Shown here in pieces: positions 35,911 through 47,948 of a DNA stretch of 64,000 bases (positions are counted from its first letter, which is position 1; each line of letters opens with the position of its first letter). A model generated the notes under the pieces. The model was given only the letters and a program-made list of their open reading frames with translations, had not been told where the DNA came from and ran no database searches. A program made the position numbers and the translations under genes. Origin of the DNA: Amoeboaphelidium occidentale (lineage: Eukaryota); contig JALGPX010000008.1 in NCBI GenBank assembly GCA_023515795.1, positions 62,001 to 126,000 of the forward strand, given 5' to 3'.

Positions 35911-38402
35911 ATGTCTGTAGTCGGATTTGATATTGGAAATTTTAACTCTGTAATCGCTGTTGCCAGGAACCGTGGCATTGACGTTATAACCAATGAGGTT
36001 TCTAACCGTGCCACGCCGTCAATGGTTGGCTTCAGCGCAAAGCAACGTTACTTGGGTGAATCTGCAAAGACAAATGTAAGTCTTACTTATGTTAAAGCGT
36101 TCTAATGGTTTTATAGGAAATTGGTAATTACAAGAACACTGTCGCTTCACTAAAGAGATTAATCGGAAGAAGCTTTGAGGAGAAGGATGATATTGCGCTC
36201 GAGGGCAGCTTTATGGGATGCGAATTGGTCAGTGTCGATGGCACAGTTGGCGCTAAAGTTCAGTACCAGAACGAGGAAAAGGCGTTCTCTTACACGCAGC
36301 TCACAGCCATGCTATTGACCAAATTGAAGGAAATTACAGAGAAGGAATTAGGCACTGCCATGAGTGATGTTGTAATTTCAATCCCTGCTTATTACACTGA
36401 GTCTCAGCGTCGCGCATTAATTGAAGCTGCTGAAGTTGCTGGTTTAAATACTTTAAGACTTATGCATGACGTTTCCGCTGCTGCATTGCAATGGGGAATC
36501 ACAAAAGTTGATTTACCAGAGTCAGAGCCAAAGTATGTTGCTTTCGTTGACATTGGTCAATCTGATATGTCTGTTGCAATTGTTGGCTTTGTTAAAGGTA
36601 AAATGATGGTCAAGTCTATTGTCTATGACAGACATTTTGGTGGCAGACAATTTGATCAGGTGCTCTTGGACCATTTTGTTGAAGAATTTAAGCAAAAGTA
36701 CAAGATGGACATCTCAACTAATCCTAAAGCTTTGTTTCGATTGAGAACCGCTTGCGAAAAGGTCAAGAAAGTTCTTAGTGCAAACATGCAGTCTCCTATT
36801 AACGTAGAATGCTTGATGAACGATAAAGATGTTTCAGGAATGATTGATCGTGCTTCATTCGAAGATTACACTGCTGAATTAAGAGGAAGAATTGATGCAG
36901 TGTTGCAAAAAGCTTTGGATGTTGCTGGTGTAACAAAGAAGGACATTGACTCTGTTGAAATTGTTGGTGGCACTACACGTATTCCATCTGTCAAGCAGAA
37001 GATTTCTGACTTTTTTGGGAAAGAAATTAGCACCACTTTGAACCAGGATGAATGTGTGGCGAAGGGTTGCGCTTTCATGTGCGCTATTTTAAGTCCAACA
37101 TTGAAAACAAAGGAATTCAAAGTTGAAGATGTTTTGCCATATCCGATCAAGTTTTCTTATGACACTGCATCAAGTGGCGAAGCAAAAGAAATGATTGCAT
37201 TTTCGTCTTACACAACGATTCCTTGCACAAAGTTGTTTACTTTCTACCGCAAAGACGCATTTGACATTGAAGCCATGTACAGTGATCCTGAAATGTTACC
37301 AAAAGGTGCAAAACATTGGCTAGGAAAAGTAACAGTTAAAGATGTTAAGCCAGATTCTGAAGGTGAACCATCTGTTGTGAAAATCAAGGTCAAGTTGAAT
37401 GCTGATGGTTTGTTGGAATTTAACGGTGCACAAATTCACGAGGAGCGTATTGTTGAAGTCGGGCCAGAAAAACCCGCCGACGGAAAGCCAGCTGAAAAGA
37501 AGGAAGCAGCCGATGGAAACAGTATGGAGACTGATGAAGGCGTTGATGTAGGCGACAAGACTCAAGCAAGTGATGAAAACAAAACTCCAGCTCCGGCTGA
37601 GAAGAAAACCAAGAAAGTTGTCAAGAAAATCGATGTTCCAGTTAATGTTGGAAACTTGTCCTCAACAAATGATAAAGTTCTAAAATTGAAAGAATTGGAG
37701 AATAGCATGGCAGCCAGTGACAAACTCATTTTCGATACAGAAGACAGAAAGAATGCTCTCGAGGAGTATGTGTACGAAATGAGAGGAAAGCTTGAAGGAG
37801 ATTTGGCTGATTACGTCTTACCAGATGTTAAAGATAAATTCATGTCTGAATTGAGTGCAATGGAAGACTGGCTTTATGGTGATGGTGAAGATGAAACTAA
37901 ATCTGCTTACGTCCAGAGACTTGATGGCTTAAAGAAAGTCGGTGATGTGATAGTTAGAAGATTCAGAGAAGCAGAAGAAAGACCATTTGCTATTGAACAA
38001 TTGAGAAAGGCTATTCGCGATGTTACCGAACAAGCTAGCTCTACAGATGCAAAGTACGAGCACATTGACGCTAAGGAAAAGAAGTCATTGCTAGATATCT
38101 GTCAACAAAAGATTGAATGGTTAAATGATCAATTAAAGAAGCAGGATGTTTTGAAGAAGCATGAAGACCCTGTCGTTTTGGCTGATACTTTAAAGAACGA
38201 GAAACAAGCTCTTCTATCTAAAGCATCTTCAATAATGAACAAGCCTAAACCAAAACCAAAGCAAGAGAAGAAGCCAGAACCAAAACCAGATGAGAAGGCA
38301 TCTAAAGAAGAAGTGATGGAAGTTGATGAGGCTGCACCAAAACCAGACGACGCACCATCCCAAGAAGCAACAGAAAAGTCAGAAACTATGGACGTGGACT
38401 AA
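35911..38402 (+). CDS. SSE1: Hsp110 nucleotide exchange factor; intron 36076-36116
   Basis: [44 protein letters not shown], terminal MDVD. Confidence 0.97.
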
Positions 38403-38653
38403 AAGATTACATTAAAAAATAAATCAAAGTATTCGATAAAGATATTCTATTACAATCATAAAAAGAATGTAGCCAATTAAAGTACCCAATGCCATAAGAC
38501 ATGGAGTAATCAGAAAAGGCGTTAATCTAGCAGATTTTCCAGCCCGTTCAGTAGAATTAAAGTCTAAAGCCGGAGGATATGTATCTGCAGTAAGACACAG
38601 TTCGCTATAAAAATTATTGCATTCAGAATCACACATATATTCTTCGAAAAAGA

Positions 38654-39291
38654 TTATCTACCTACAAAATTAGACTTTTGAATTATGCAAAATTACCGCC
38701 TCTGCTGAAGCCGCCTCGTCCTCCGCCTCTACCACCGAAGCCACCACTACCGCCGCGACCAGAAAATCCCCCTCTAGAGCCTCCTCTTCCGCCAAAACCG
38801 CCTCTTGAACCACCAGCACCACCACGGCCTCTTCCTCTTCCGCCGAAACCACCACGACTTGCGCCACCCCTCTTTGCAACTTTAGCACCAGTAGTCTTTG
38901 GCTTTGGAAGGAACCTGTCCATAGGCAACAGTTTATCTTCTGCAACGTAAACTTTGTCTTTTGCTGAAAAGCTTGACGCGACCATACCATCTTGAAGCTT
39001 CACAGTGAACATGACTTCATTAATCGGACCCAAAATCTCATCAACCTTGCCAATTTGTGTTTTGTTCTGAAGATACACGGGAGCATTGAAATAAGGAACT
39101 TTTGTATTTGTGGATTTGCACACCATTTCACCTTCGGATGGATGCATGAATTCTCCGAGTTCTAGAACGCGATCTGGAGGACCTTGTGGCGCGAAACCAA
39201 AACTTCTGTTACCGCCACCACCACCACCACGCGAACCACCTCTGCCGAAACCACCTCTTCCACCACCGTTACCACCGTTATTGAAGCCCAT
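38654..39291 (-). CDS. GAR1: H/ACA snoRNP protein Gar1; probable 35-nt terminal intron
   Basis: RGG repeats flanking [21 protein letters not shown]. Splicing gtaatt...ctaat...tgtag gives the ending RGGR*; the unspliced stop is at 38683. Confidence 0.95.
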
Positions 39292-39366
39292 CTGATATTC
39301 TTGAAAGAAAATTTTGAAAATTTTTCGGTTCAGCTTGAGCGTGATATTTGATCGCACCTTTGCAAA

Positions 39367-39903
39367 ATGGAAGAATGTTCGTTCTTATGGAAAGCTGCGC
39401 AGTATTTAGCAAATACAGAAAGTACTTCTGGCTCTATGATATTCAGCGCGGAGCTATTGCAATTGGAGAAAAGTATACCGAAAGATCAAGATGATGAAGC
39501 ATTTGATACGACGAGATTGTGTTTCCACTGCTCTACTTTACTGATACCTTCTGTTAATTGCAAATATAAATTAGAGTCTCACAGGGACAGGACTAAAAGA
39601 AAATCAAAGAATAAGCAAAACGTGATCAATTTAAATCTGAAGCAAAAGGACAAGGTCAAAAGGCTAAAGTGTGTAACGATCACATGTTTTCAGTGTAAAA
39701 GCAAGAACCGGCATTTTGCATCTGAGAGGCCAAAAGAAACCGTATCAAAGCCTACTGTAGTTCCCTCTTCGGCAGCGTCAACGCCTCAGACCTCCAGCGC
39801 CGTGAAGCGAAACAAGAAAACGAAGCTCAGTCTTCAAAAGATGGTTTCCAACCAGGATAAACCGAAAGTGTCTTTATCTTTAAGTGACTTTATGAAGAAG
39901 TAA
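39367..39903 (+). CDS. RNase P/MRP Rpr2/Rpp21/Snm1-family zinc-binding subunit
   Basis: [30 protein letters not shown], basic tail ending LSLSDFM. Confidence 0.75.
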   Translation: MEECSFLWKAAQYLANTESTSGSMIFSAELLQLEKSIPKDQDDEAFDTTRLCFHCSTLLIPSVNCKYKLESHRDRTKRKSKNKQNVINLNLKQKDKVKRLKCVTITCFQCKSKNRHFASERPKETVSKPTVVPSSAASTPQTSSAVKRNKKTKLSLQKMVSNQDKPKVSLSLSDFMKK

Positions 39904-39946
39904 TAAATGATTAAGTTATTCTTATCTTCTTTGAAACCTCCAATTG

Positions 39947-42002
39947 ATGGAAAACTGGGCTAAGCAAAATGGCGCGTATTTTAGAGACGGTATTGCGGTG
40001 TCGTATTCTGAAGACAAAGGGTCACATATTACAACGCATAAACCTGTGGAACCGAATGAGATTCTATTGAGCATTCCATATGCAATGGCAATATCACCCA
40101 TCACGATCCTGAACAGTTCAGAATTTGGCAACATGCTATTCGAAAAGTGCAGGTCTATCACTTTACTAAATGACGATGGTGATGATTTTGTTATCGCTGG
40201 GAGTGGAAAGGATGAGAATGTGTGCGTGACCTTTACGTTTGAAGAGTTGATATGTGGGTTTATGGTATGTGACACACTTATCGCGAAAGAATCCTTCTGG
40301 ACCGGTTATCTTCAAAGTCTGCCCAAAGATATACCGGCAGCCCTTTTGTGGGATGATGATGAGATCCAAAATTATCTCGGAGGTTGTGGTTTAGATGCTG
40401 TGATACGAACACGAAGGCGAGATCTGATGGATGGGCTTGTCAAAAATTTAATTAATGCGTTCTCAATGCTCTCCTTATCTGCCAGTCCAGATAGTTTCTT
40501 GTGGGCGTACGTTGTGATCAAATCAAGAGGATTCTTGAGCTTGGTTCCTGAAGATCCTGAATCGCTTCTAAATAGTCTTACTTCATTGCCTTTGGAACCA
40601 AAAGAGAAACAAGAACTCTTGGATTTTACCAGATCATCATCGTGTCTATTACCCTTGCTGGATTGTTGTAACCATGAACCTGGAACACCGATTGTTTGGG
40701 AACGATCTCGGGATGGAATTAGTTTTAGAACGCCTGTTGCCATAAAGGAAGGCTCTGAGGTTTTTAATAATTACGGTCCAAAGTCAAACGAGGAGCTGCT
40801 CCTTTCTTATGGCTTTTGTCTTGAGTCAGAATTTCAGTCTAAATTGGAATATGTGAGGCTAAGTTTGAGATCTTGGTCATCTGATGATAATGCGAGTACA
40901 GTTTACCTTAAGCATGATATGAATGATTTGCCAAGACTAATTGAAATGGCCTTTATGATGTCTCCACCAGAGGATGATGTGTTGAAACGAGAATTAGTTG
41001 CTTTGAGGAATATCATCTTAGCGTTAGACCACAAAAGCCAAAATATTGAAGATGCATTGCATAATTGCATAGAGACTTTGGATAACAGCTATAAAGCACG
41101 ATGCGCTGCTATTTACTTGAAAGATCAGTCAAGAATTGTAACGAAAGCAATTGATGCTTTACTCGATAATATGAAGGAAAGAGCTCTAACGATACAAGAA
41201 AATTCTTTTTACAAAATTATAGCTCCTTCATACAATTTAATTGACTCGAACAGCTTCAGTGAAGAGAGCTTGGATTTTCATGTGAAGCTGCAGGCAGACA
41301 AGGATGGTAATGTGTGTAATGCTGAGGAATATACCATTCCAGCTGGCACAGTTTTGGCGGATGTTTCTGGAGATTATTTGGTTACTGTTACTACAGAGGC
41401 GATGGAAAATCAAGACATTTTGACCTCTAAAATAGGAAACAAAATTGCATGTGAATCGACTTCATCCGACACTAATTTACTCTTAGTCTTATTAGAAGCA
41501 ACAACGGCATGGTTTAAAGAATACGGATATAGTTTGTGTGCTGCGGAAGATACAAACCCTGAACGAGAAGAAGACCAAAGCCTGTTACGAAAAGCACTCA
41601 TTGATGATATGATCAATAACTGGAGCTGTGACTTCTCACAAGAAGATCAGAATGAGCATCTTTTTATGATACCACCTTGCTCTCTTAATTCGATAAGAAG
41701 GCACAAGGTTGTTGGGAATGTAGTTATTCAACTGAACCACGAAGGAATGCTTCAACTTGTTTCCGCTTTAGATATTCTGCCAGCTAAAGAGCTCCTATTT
41801 CCGNNNNNNNNNNNNNNNNNNNNNGCACAAGGTTGTTGGGAATGTAGTTACTCAACTGAACCACGAAGGAATGCTTCAACTTGTTTCCGCTTTAGATATT
41901 CTGCCAGCTAAAGAGCTCCTATTTCCGTACAAGGCACAAATTAAAGAAACAGAAGTACATCCTTTAGTTGGTGCTTTGAGTTTAGACCGAAGCTCTTCGT
42001 AA
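39947..42002 (+). CDS. SET-domain lysine methyltransferase (Rkm1/Efm1/SETD3 class); N-gap artefact near 3' end
   Basis: SFW..YLQSLP, SRGF, LLPLLDCCNH, EVFNNYGPKSNEELLLSYGF. The frame closes at TAA 42000-42002 after collapsing the duplicate. Confidence 0.85.
41701..41927. repeat. Duplicated flank around N-gap (probable assembly artefact)
   Basis: 41701-41803 repeated from 41825 with 1 difference (att/act). Confidence 0.9.
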
Positions 42003-42057
42003 AGATCTATAAATAGATTCGAACCTCTTTTTGTGACTCGTGACGATCCACGCTAAC

Positions 42058-42874
42058 ATGTCTGACTTATTCGAACGATACGAACAGGATTATCAAAGCA
42101 TTTCACAGTCGATAGCGAAAAAGATCAATACGCCTGTCTCTGCAACCCAGTCAGTCGGTACCTATTGAACCAAAAGAGGCCTAATTGAGTAGAACAACGC
42201 AAGACGACTTTGCGCCAAGCAGAAAGAGAATTAGACGAAGCGGATGAAATTGTACTACCTTCTATAATAGAGGCTGACATTTGTAGTTGCAAAGCATGGA
42301 AATGGAACTCAGTTCTTTGCCACCATCGATTCGGACAAGACTTCAGCCAAAACTAAGGCAATACAGAGTGGACTATGAAAAATTACGAGCAGACCTCAAA
42401 AGCGCTTCTGCTAAACCGTCTGAGAGGGATCAATTATTTGGGGGTTTACCAACAGGCAGGGAAGACGTTGTATCAAATGATCAGCGTTCGAGGCTTCTGG
42501 TTGGCACCAACAAACTCAACGACGCCTCACGCCGCTTGGAAGATTCTCACAGGATCGCGCTTGAAACAGAAGAAATCGGAGCATCGACTCTTGAGACTCT
42601 GCGCAACCAGCGCCAACAGATTCTGAGGGCAACGGATACGGTACACTTCTGCGAATGGAAGATCTAATTGAGTATCTTTAGTTGGATGATGCTAATTCGT
42701 ACATTGATAGAAACATAAGAATACTTCGGGACATGGCAAGAAGGTAAGGCCTGTATCTTTCTGTCAAACTGACAAGAATGTAGAGCAACGACTAACAAGT
42801 TTCTCTCTATCATAATCATTATAATTCTGGTCGTTGTGATTATCCTAATTTTGGCTTTGAAATTCGGAGGTTAA
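42058..42874 (+). CDS. VTI1: Qb-SNARE Vti1; 4 short introns
   Basis: MSDLFERYEQDY, DQRSRLL.GT..L..ASRRLEDSHRIALETEEIG, C-terminal TM anchor after splicing. Confidence 0.92.
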
Positions 42875-42987
42875 TTCGATAAATGAATGAAGTAATATTT
42901 TGGGCTTTTTGGGTCAGTTGTGATTTTTGTTTTCTGATTGTGAAATTTTTCGACAAGGTTCAGCACGCTTTGAGTCTTCTCGAATTA

Positions 42988-43085
42988 ACGCGTTCAAAAG
43001 AAGCGAAAATGATGTTTTCATTACTCAGCTCACATTGATATTCTATGAAAAGAATTGTAATACTGATTTGCTTCGTTGAACGCGT
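42988..43085 (+). ncRNA. Box C/D snoRNA, SNORD29/snR71-like, with terminal stem
   Basis: Stem acgcgttcaa/ttgaacgcgt; box C ATGATG 43009; guide ACTCAGCTCAC 43023-43033 antisense to LSU GUGAGCUGGGU; D' TTGA 43035; box D CTGA 43063. Confidence 0.75.
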
Positions 43086-43144
43086 CTGTGAAAGAGTGAC
43101 CGTGATTTAGCTTAACAAGATTTTATATTTTCAGCTCAATATGC

Positions 43145-45757
43145 TCACATTTGAAATAAGAAACTGAGATCCTCCAAAGATAAACGATCCAACGCGGCAG
43201 AATCCTTGCCGATAGCACTGTCAAACAAAAGTTGCTTCTTTTCCTGTAGCTGCACAATTCTCGACTCGATAGAGTTCTCTACAATAATCTTTGTAATCTT
43301 AACAGGTCTTCTTTGACCTAGTCGGTGTATTCTTGACAATGCTTGGTCCTCGACTGAACTGTTCCACCAAGGATCTAACAAGAACACTCTGCTGGCTTCA
43401 GTCAGATTCAACGCAACACCACCAGCTTTCAAGCTGATCAAGAACACTGTAACTTGAGGATTTTCCATGAAAGCTTTGATCATTGAATCTCTCTGTTCAA
43501 GACTCATTCTTCCGTCTAGTTTCACACATCTAAAGCCAGCTTTACCCAAACGCCAGTGAACAATATCTAAAAACGAAACAAACTGTGAAAACACGATAGA
43601 TTTTAGAGTTCTGTCAGACTTTCTGAGCTTTTCTAGTTCTTCTAAAAGAGCTTCAATCTTTGTGCTGGAAGTCCAATTGAATTGTTTGCCATCAATGACC
43701 TCTGACGTTGCAGCGGCATTCAACATACGATTAACAATAGAATTATGGGAATTGTAATTGCTAGGCTTCTCTTCGAATTTTGGTTCCGCCAGTTCATCTT
43801 GATCTAAATTAATTGCAAGTGGGACGAAGCACACTGGACACTCTGCCGGCTTTCCTTCGACTAAGTAAGAATCCATATACTGCGATATATCTTCTCTACA
43901 GAAAACATGCTTACATCTAGCCGCAATAGGCTCTTCTGCTTCATCGTGACAAATACCACAAACATAAGTTCCAGGATTTTCTTCAGATGCTCTTTTGTGA
44001 ACGACCAAATACGGATGATCAACAGCTTGACGAAGCTTACTCAACAACTCGAAAATGTGTGCGTAATTATTCAATACGGTGCCAGCTCTAACATAATTTG
44101 CAAACTGTGTTCTACTTTCAGCATAAAGTGCAACATAAAAATCCTCTTCAACATCGTTGAAGTAATCTCGACGAACTTCAACAATTTTTGGAGGCAGACC
44201 AAGATCATCGGCTTTCTCTTCTTTCGTACGTCTCAGCATCAATTGATCAAGAATGACACCTAAACGCTTAAATGCAACAAGACCATCACCATTAGAGCCG
44301 TATCTTTGAATTGGTTTAAGAATAATTTTGTTCCACCAACAGAAATGAGCCATTCCTCTGTGCCCACAGTCGTCGCATCTTGCTCCATCTGAGAATTTCC
44401 ATGAAGCGCTCCTGCATGGACACTTGGTACAAAAGTACAAATTGTAAGGTTCGAAACTAACAAACTTGATCAAGCTGTAAAGCTCTCCAACACGATTTTG
44501 TAGAGGCGTTCCTGTTAATGACCATTTTTTATCCGCCTTCATGCTAAACACAGCACGAGCCGTTGAGCAGAATCTATCTTTAATACTATGCGCTTCATCC
44601 AGCACAATGCGACCCCAATGAATGTCATGCAAAATAGATTTCTCAAACACCTTTTGCTTCTTCCTCGTAAAACCAGTCTTTTCTTTTCTGAAACAAGATT
44701 CAATAATTGCATAGGATGTCAGTACAATATCATACTGTAATAATTCATCTTTGTCTGTAATTTTATCAGCACCGTGGAAAATGTAAATCTTGAAATGTCC
44801 TTCTGGTGTAAACTTTTTAATCTCGTCCCTCCATTGAAACAACGCAACCACGGGGCAGACAACTAAAGTGGGCTTTTCCAATCTCTTGGCCAGCATTAAT
44901 GAAATGGTTTGAATTGTTTTCCCCATTCCCATCGCATCAGCCAACAATCCGCCGCTAATTGCAGAGTCCTCTTGCTGGCACATCCAATAGAGACCTTCTT
45001 TCTGAAAAGGTAAAAGTTTGACATTAATTAAATCTTCAGGTTGTTCTGCTTCTTTAATCCCAGCAAGTCGTTCCTTGTTTTTCTTATCGACTTCTTCCCA
45101 ATCGATCGTCCAACTATCCTGATGGTGTTCGTTCATGTTCGTGACGAGACGTTGCTGCATTTTACGGTAAATAACTTCACCCCTTTCAGCCCTCCTGCGA
45201 TTTCTTTCAGCGATCTGTTCCTCTGTCAACTCTTCTTCAGACTCTTCTGATGAAGAACTTGGCGGATTATTCTCTTGTACTGGGACATCTTCAGCTGGGA
45301 TCTCAAGCATTGTGCGCTGCCTTGGCACCCTCTGAACAGTAGCAGTAGGCGCTGGAGGCTGATCTTCAAATTCATCCTCAGAGTTATCAGATACTACAAA
45401 GCGAGAACGTGTGGCTGACGTTTTCGTGCTTGAAACGCCCAATGTAGGAGGCGTCACAATGAGTTCAGCTTCAGCATGTGGTACCAAAGCCAATTCATCC
45501 TCATCTTCTGCCAATACGTCAGGATCCTCAGTTACTTCGGTATCATCGCTACCAGAATCCTCAGCCGCGTCCAAATCGAACTCAGATTCGCTGTCATCAG
45601 AGTACTGTACAGGTGCAGCCCTTTTAGCTTTTCCGTTGCTTTTTGCAGCCGACACAATGTCCTCTTCAAAGTCATCGTCTGAGCTGCTGAAGGTGTATTT
45701 CGCAATTGTGCGTCTCCTCTTGTTTCTTGACGTCATTCCGCTGAAAAATTTGGGCAT
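43145..45757 (-). CDS. RAD16: SNF2-family RING ATPase Rad16
   Basis: ADAMGMGKTIQ, DEAHSIK, TPLQNRVGELYSL, C3HC4 RING, SLKAGGVALNLTEAS. Confidence 0.95.
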   Translation of the reverse strand: MPKFFSGMTSRNKRRRTIAKYTFSSSDDDFEEDIVSAAKSNGKAKRAAPVQYSDDSESEFDLDAAEDSGSDDTEVTEDPDVLAEDEDELALVPHAEAELIVTPPTLGVSSTKTSATRSRFVVSDNSEDEFEDQPPAPTATVQRVPRQRTMLEIPAEDVPVQENNPPSSSSEESEEELTEEQIAERNRRRAERGEVIYRKMQQRLVTNMNEHHQDSWTIDWEEVDKKNKERLAGIKEAEQPEDLINVKLLPFQKEGLYWMCQQEDSAISGGLLADAMGMGKTIQTISLMLAKRLEKPTLVVCPVVALFQWRDEIKKFTPEGHFKIYIFHGADKITDKDELLQYDIVLTSYAIIESCFRKEKTGFTRKKQKVFEKSILHDIHWGRIVLDEAHSIKDRFCSTARAVFSMKADKKWSLTGTPLQNRVGELYSLIKFVSFEPYNLYFCTKCPCRSASWKFSDGARCDDCGHRGMAHFCWWNKIILKPIQRYGSNGDGLVAFKRLGVILDQLMLRRTKEEKADDLGLPPKIVEVRRDYFNDVEEDFYVALYAESRTQFANYVRAGTVLNNYAHIFELLSKLRQAVDHPYLVVHKRASEENPGTYVCGICHDEAEEPIAARCKHVFCREDISQYMDSYLVEGKPAECPVCFVPLAINLDQDELAEPKFEEKPSNYNSHNSIVNRMLNAAATSEVIDGKQFNWTSSTKIEALLEELEKLRKSDRTLKSIVFSQFVSFLDIVHWRLGKAGFRCVKLDGRMSLEQRDSMIKAFMENPQVTVFLISLKAGGVALNLTEASRVFLLDPWWNSSVEDQALSRIHRLGQRRPVKITKIIVENSIESRIVQLQEKKQLLFDSAIGKDSAALDRLSLEDLSFLFQM

Positions 45758-46045
45758 CGAGATACCACTGTTTCATGCGAAACGTTTCTAAACTCCGAGG
45801 TGTATTTTATACCAAATAGATTCTCGTGGTATCTATTATATGCTCATTCATGGAAGTTTAAGCTGATCCTAGTTGTTGGTTTCAATTTAATCAAGCTCGC
45901 GCCATAATCATCCACAAGCCTACTGTGTGTCGCATGATCATTTTACGATTTTAAATTATCGCTGTAAAGACTTTCACTTGACCTACACCCAAAACCTCAA
46001 CTTCTTGTGGTTCTTTCACCTGTTTGATCACAACAACTTCACATC

Positions 46046-46610
46046 ATGGGACAAGCTGGTGCAAAAGAATTAGATGAAATCCAGAATACTTCTAATTGTA
46101 AATTGATCTGTTCACCTTATAACTCATTCGAGTGTAGTCACAATAGATGAGATACAGCGTCTGTATAGGCGATTCATGAAGCTGGATAAGAATAATTCTG
46201 GTTCTATTGATAAAGATGAGTTTCTATCTATACCAGGAATCGCTAGCAATCCATTAGCCTCCCGGGTCATCGATATTTTTGATGAAGATGGCGGTGGTGA
46301 TGTTGATTTCAAAGAGTTCCTTTTGGGCTTGAGTGCATTCTCAGCAAAAGGCAACCCAATTGAAAAGCTCAAGTTCGCCTTCAAAGTTTATGATATGGAC
46401 AGAGATGGATTCATTTCTAATGGCGAGCTATTCCTGGTGCTTAAAATGATGGTTGGCTCAAACCTGAAGGATGCACAATTACAGCAAATTGTCGATAAAA
46501 CCATAATTCAGGCTGATAAGGACGGCGATGGCAAATTGTCGTTTGATGAGTTCAGAGTTCTGGTGGAAAACACGGACATTGTAAAGCAGATGACTCTAAC
46601 AGCGATTTGA
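46046..46610 (+). CDS. CNB1: Calcineurin B regulatory subunit; intron 46098-46137
   Basis: Myristoylatable MG start, four EF hands, [20 protein letters not shown]. Confidence 0.97.
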
Positions 46611-46652
46611 ATAAAACGGAACATATTCTATTACTTTCGTTCAGGTTGCGAC

Positions 46653-46912
46653 TTATGCTCGCTCTGACTGACCTGTTGATGGAGGTCTTGTTGAGAGAAC
46701 TTCCGGTTTGGGTGCAATGTACTGCTGAATGAGCTCCTGCTTAATTTGAAGGACTGTCTGTTGCGTTGTTAGTAAATTCAATTAAAGCCCGTAATTGTTA
46801 CTTTGTCTTTTCGAATAGCGTGGAATAATTGTTGTGATGGATTGTTGAGAGCTTGACCTAAAGAAGCCCGTGCTTGTCTTACTTCATAAGGTTCGTTCTG
46901 GTCAGTGGTCAT
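46653..46912 (-). CDS. Spliced 71-aa hypothetical micro-protein; intron 46758-46801
   Basis: ATG, 37 codons, intron GTAACA...TACTAAC...CAG, 34 codons, TAA. Not in the ORF track. Confidence 0.65.
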
Positions 46913-47106
46913 TTAGAAATTTTGGAGGCTCAACCGTAATTTTCCGAGTTGGCCACGCAAATGATGAAACGGAGATTCTCTGCGCAATTTTGCCCCTGAG
47001 ATTGTTCAATTCGAAATTTCTTCACATCGACAAACGTCCACTCGGATACTTACAATTGAATTTTGAATAATTCTCGTTTTGAAAGCATTAAGAGTTTTTG
47101 CTGATA

Positions 47107-47919
47107 ATGAATAATTTTGATATGATCCTGCGGCATGATATACTGTGGCTTAGCTTTGTGTTCATTCAAGCCAAAGTGCTTTGCGTTGATCAGCCGACGC
47201 CAACACGAAACATTGACGCATGGACTAATGACATTGTCATAGCATCGCCTACATCAGTTGGAGATAATCCCACGACTATTCAGCCACAGGACGTTGACGA
47301 TGATTCTTCTGGATCAAGCCCTGATCGTGGCTCATTCTTCTCGTCGCCTTTGGCGTTGGGCGTTTACATTATAATTCTAATGACTCTGGTCATGTGTGTG
47401 AATCTTGGAAAGAGGAGCAGAGGATGTTTTAGGTGCGGGAGGAATCGGCAACGCAGCAATGACGACAGTCGCTCCAGGAATGCGTTCGAAGACGAAGAAG
47501 ACGCAATTCCTTTCGAAGAAGCTGTGGAAGCCGTACCTCCGCCACTGTACTCTAAGAGACTACCACAAGATCATGTTCGGTTGAGCATAAGTGAAGTTAT
47601 GCCTTCAAATTTCTCAGCGATAAGCTCATCTACATCATCAGTGCATTCTGGTCACAATGTTACGGATGATAATGTACCGCTCTCTACAATGGTTTCCCCT
47701 ATACATTCTCTACTTAATTCAAACACTGGAAGTCGTGATAGTCTTGTTGATGATGTCATACAAGAAGAAGACATATCAAACGCAGCTGATCCTGTTCAGT
47801 CAGAAAACGTTACGATTCCGGAAGATCATATCGAAATAGCCGTGGCCAGTAGCATTCCTAGGCCGTCGCCACCGCCTTATGACGGTCCCTTGGAATCTCG
47901 GGGTGATCGTGAATTTTGA
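47107..47919 (+). CDS. Single-pass membrane protein with cytosolic PPxY motifs
   Basis: Signal-like N-terminus, TM LALGVYIIILMTLVMCV, PPPLY and PPPY motifs. Confidence 0.65.
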   Translation: MNNFDMILRHDILWLSFVFIQAKVLCVDQPTPTRNIDAWTNDIVIASPTSVGDNPTTIQPQDVDDDSSGSSPDRGSFFSSPLALGVYIIILMTLVMCVNLGKRSRGCFRCGRNRQRSNDDSRSRNAFEDEEDAIPFEEAVEAVPPPLYSKRLPQDHVRLSISEVMPSNFSAISSSTSSVHSGHNVTDDNVPLSTMVSPIHSLLNSNTGSRDSLVDDVIQEEDISNAADPVQSENVTIPEDHIEIAVASSIPRPSPPPYDGPLESRGDREF

Positions 47920-47948
47920 CATCAATAGATTTTCTCAATTGCATCACA

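Noticed and set aside
38678..39295. Pro-rich plus-strand ORFs
   Set aside because: Antisense shadows of the GAR1 RGG repeats.
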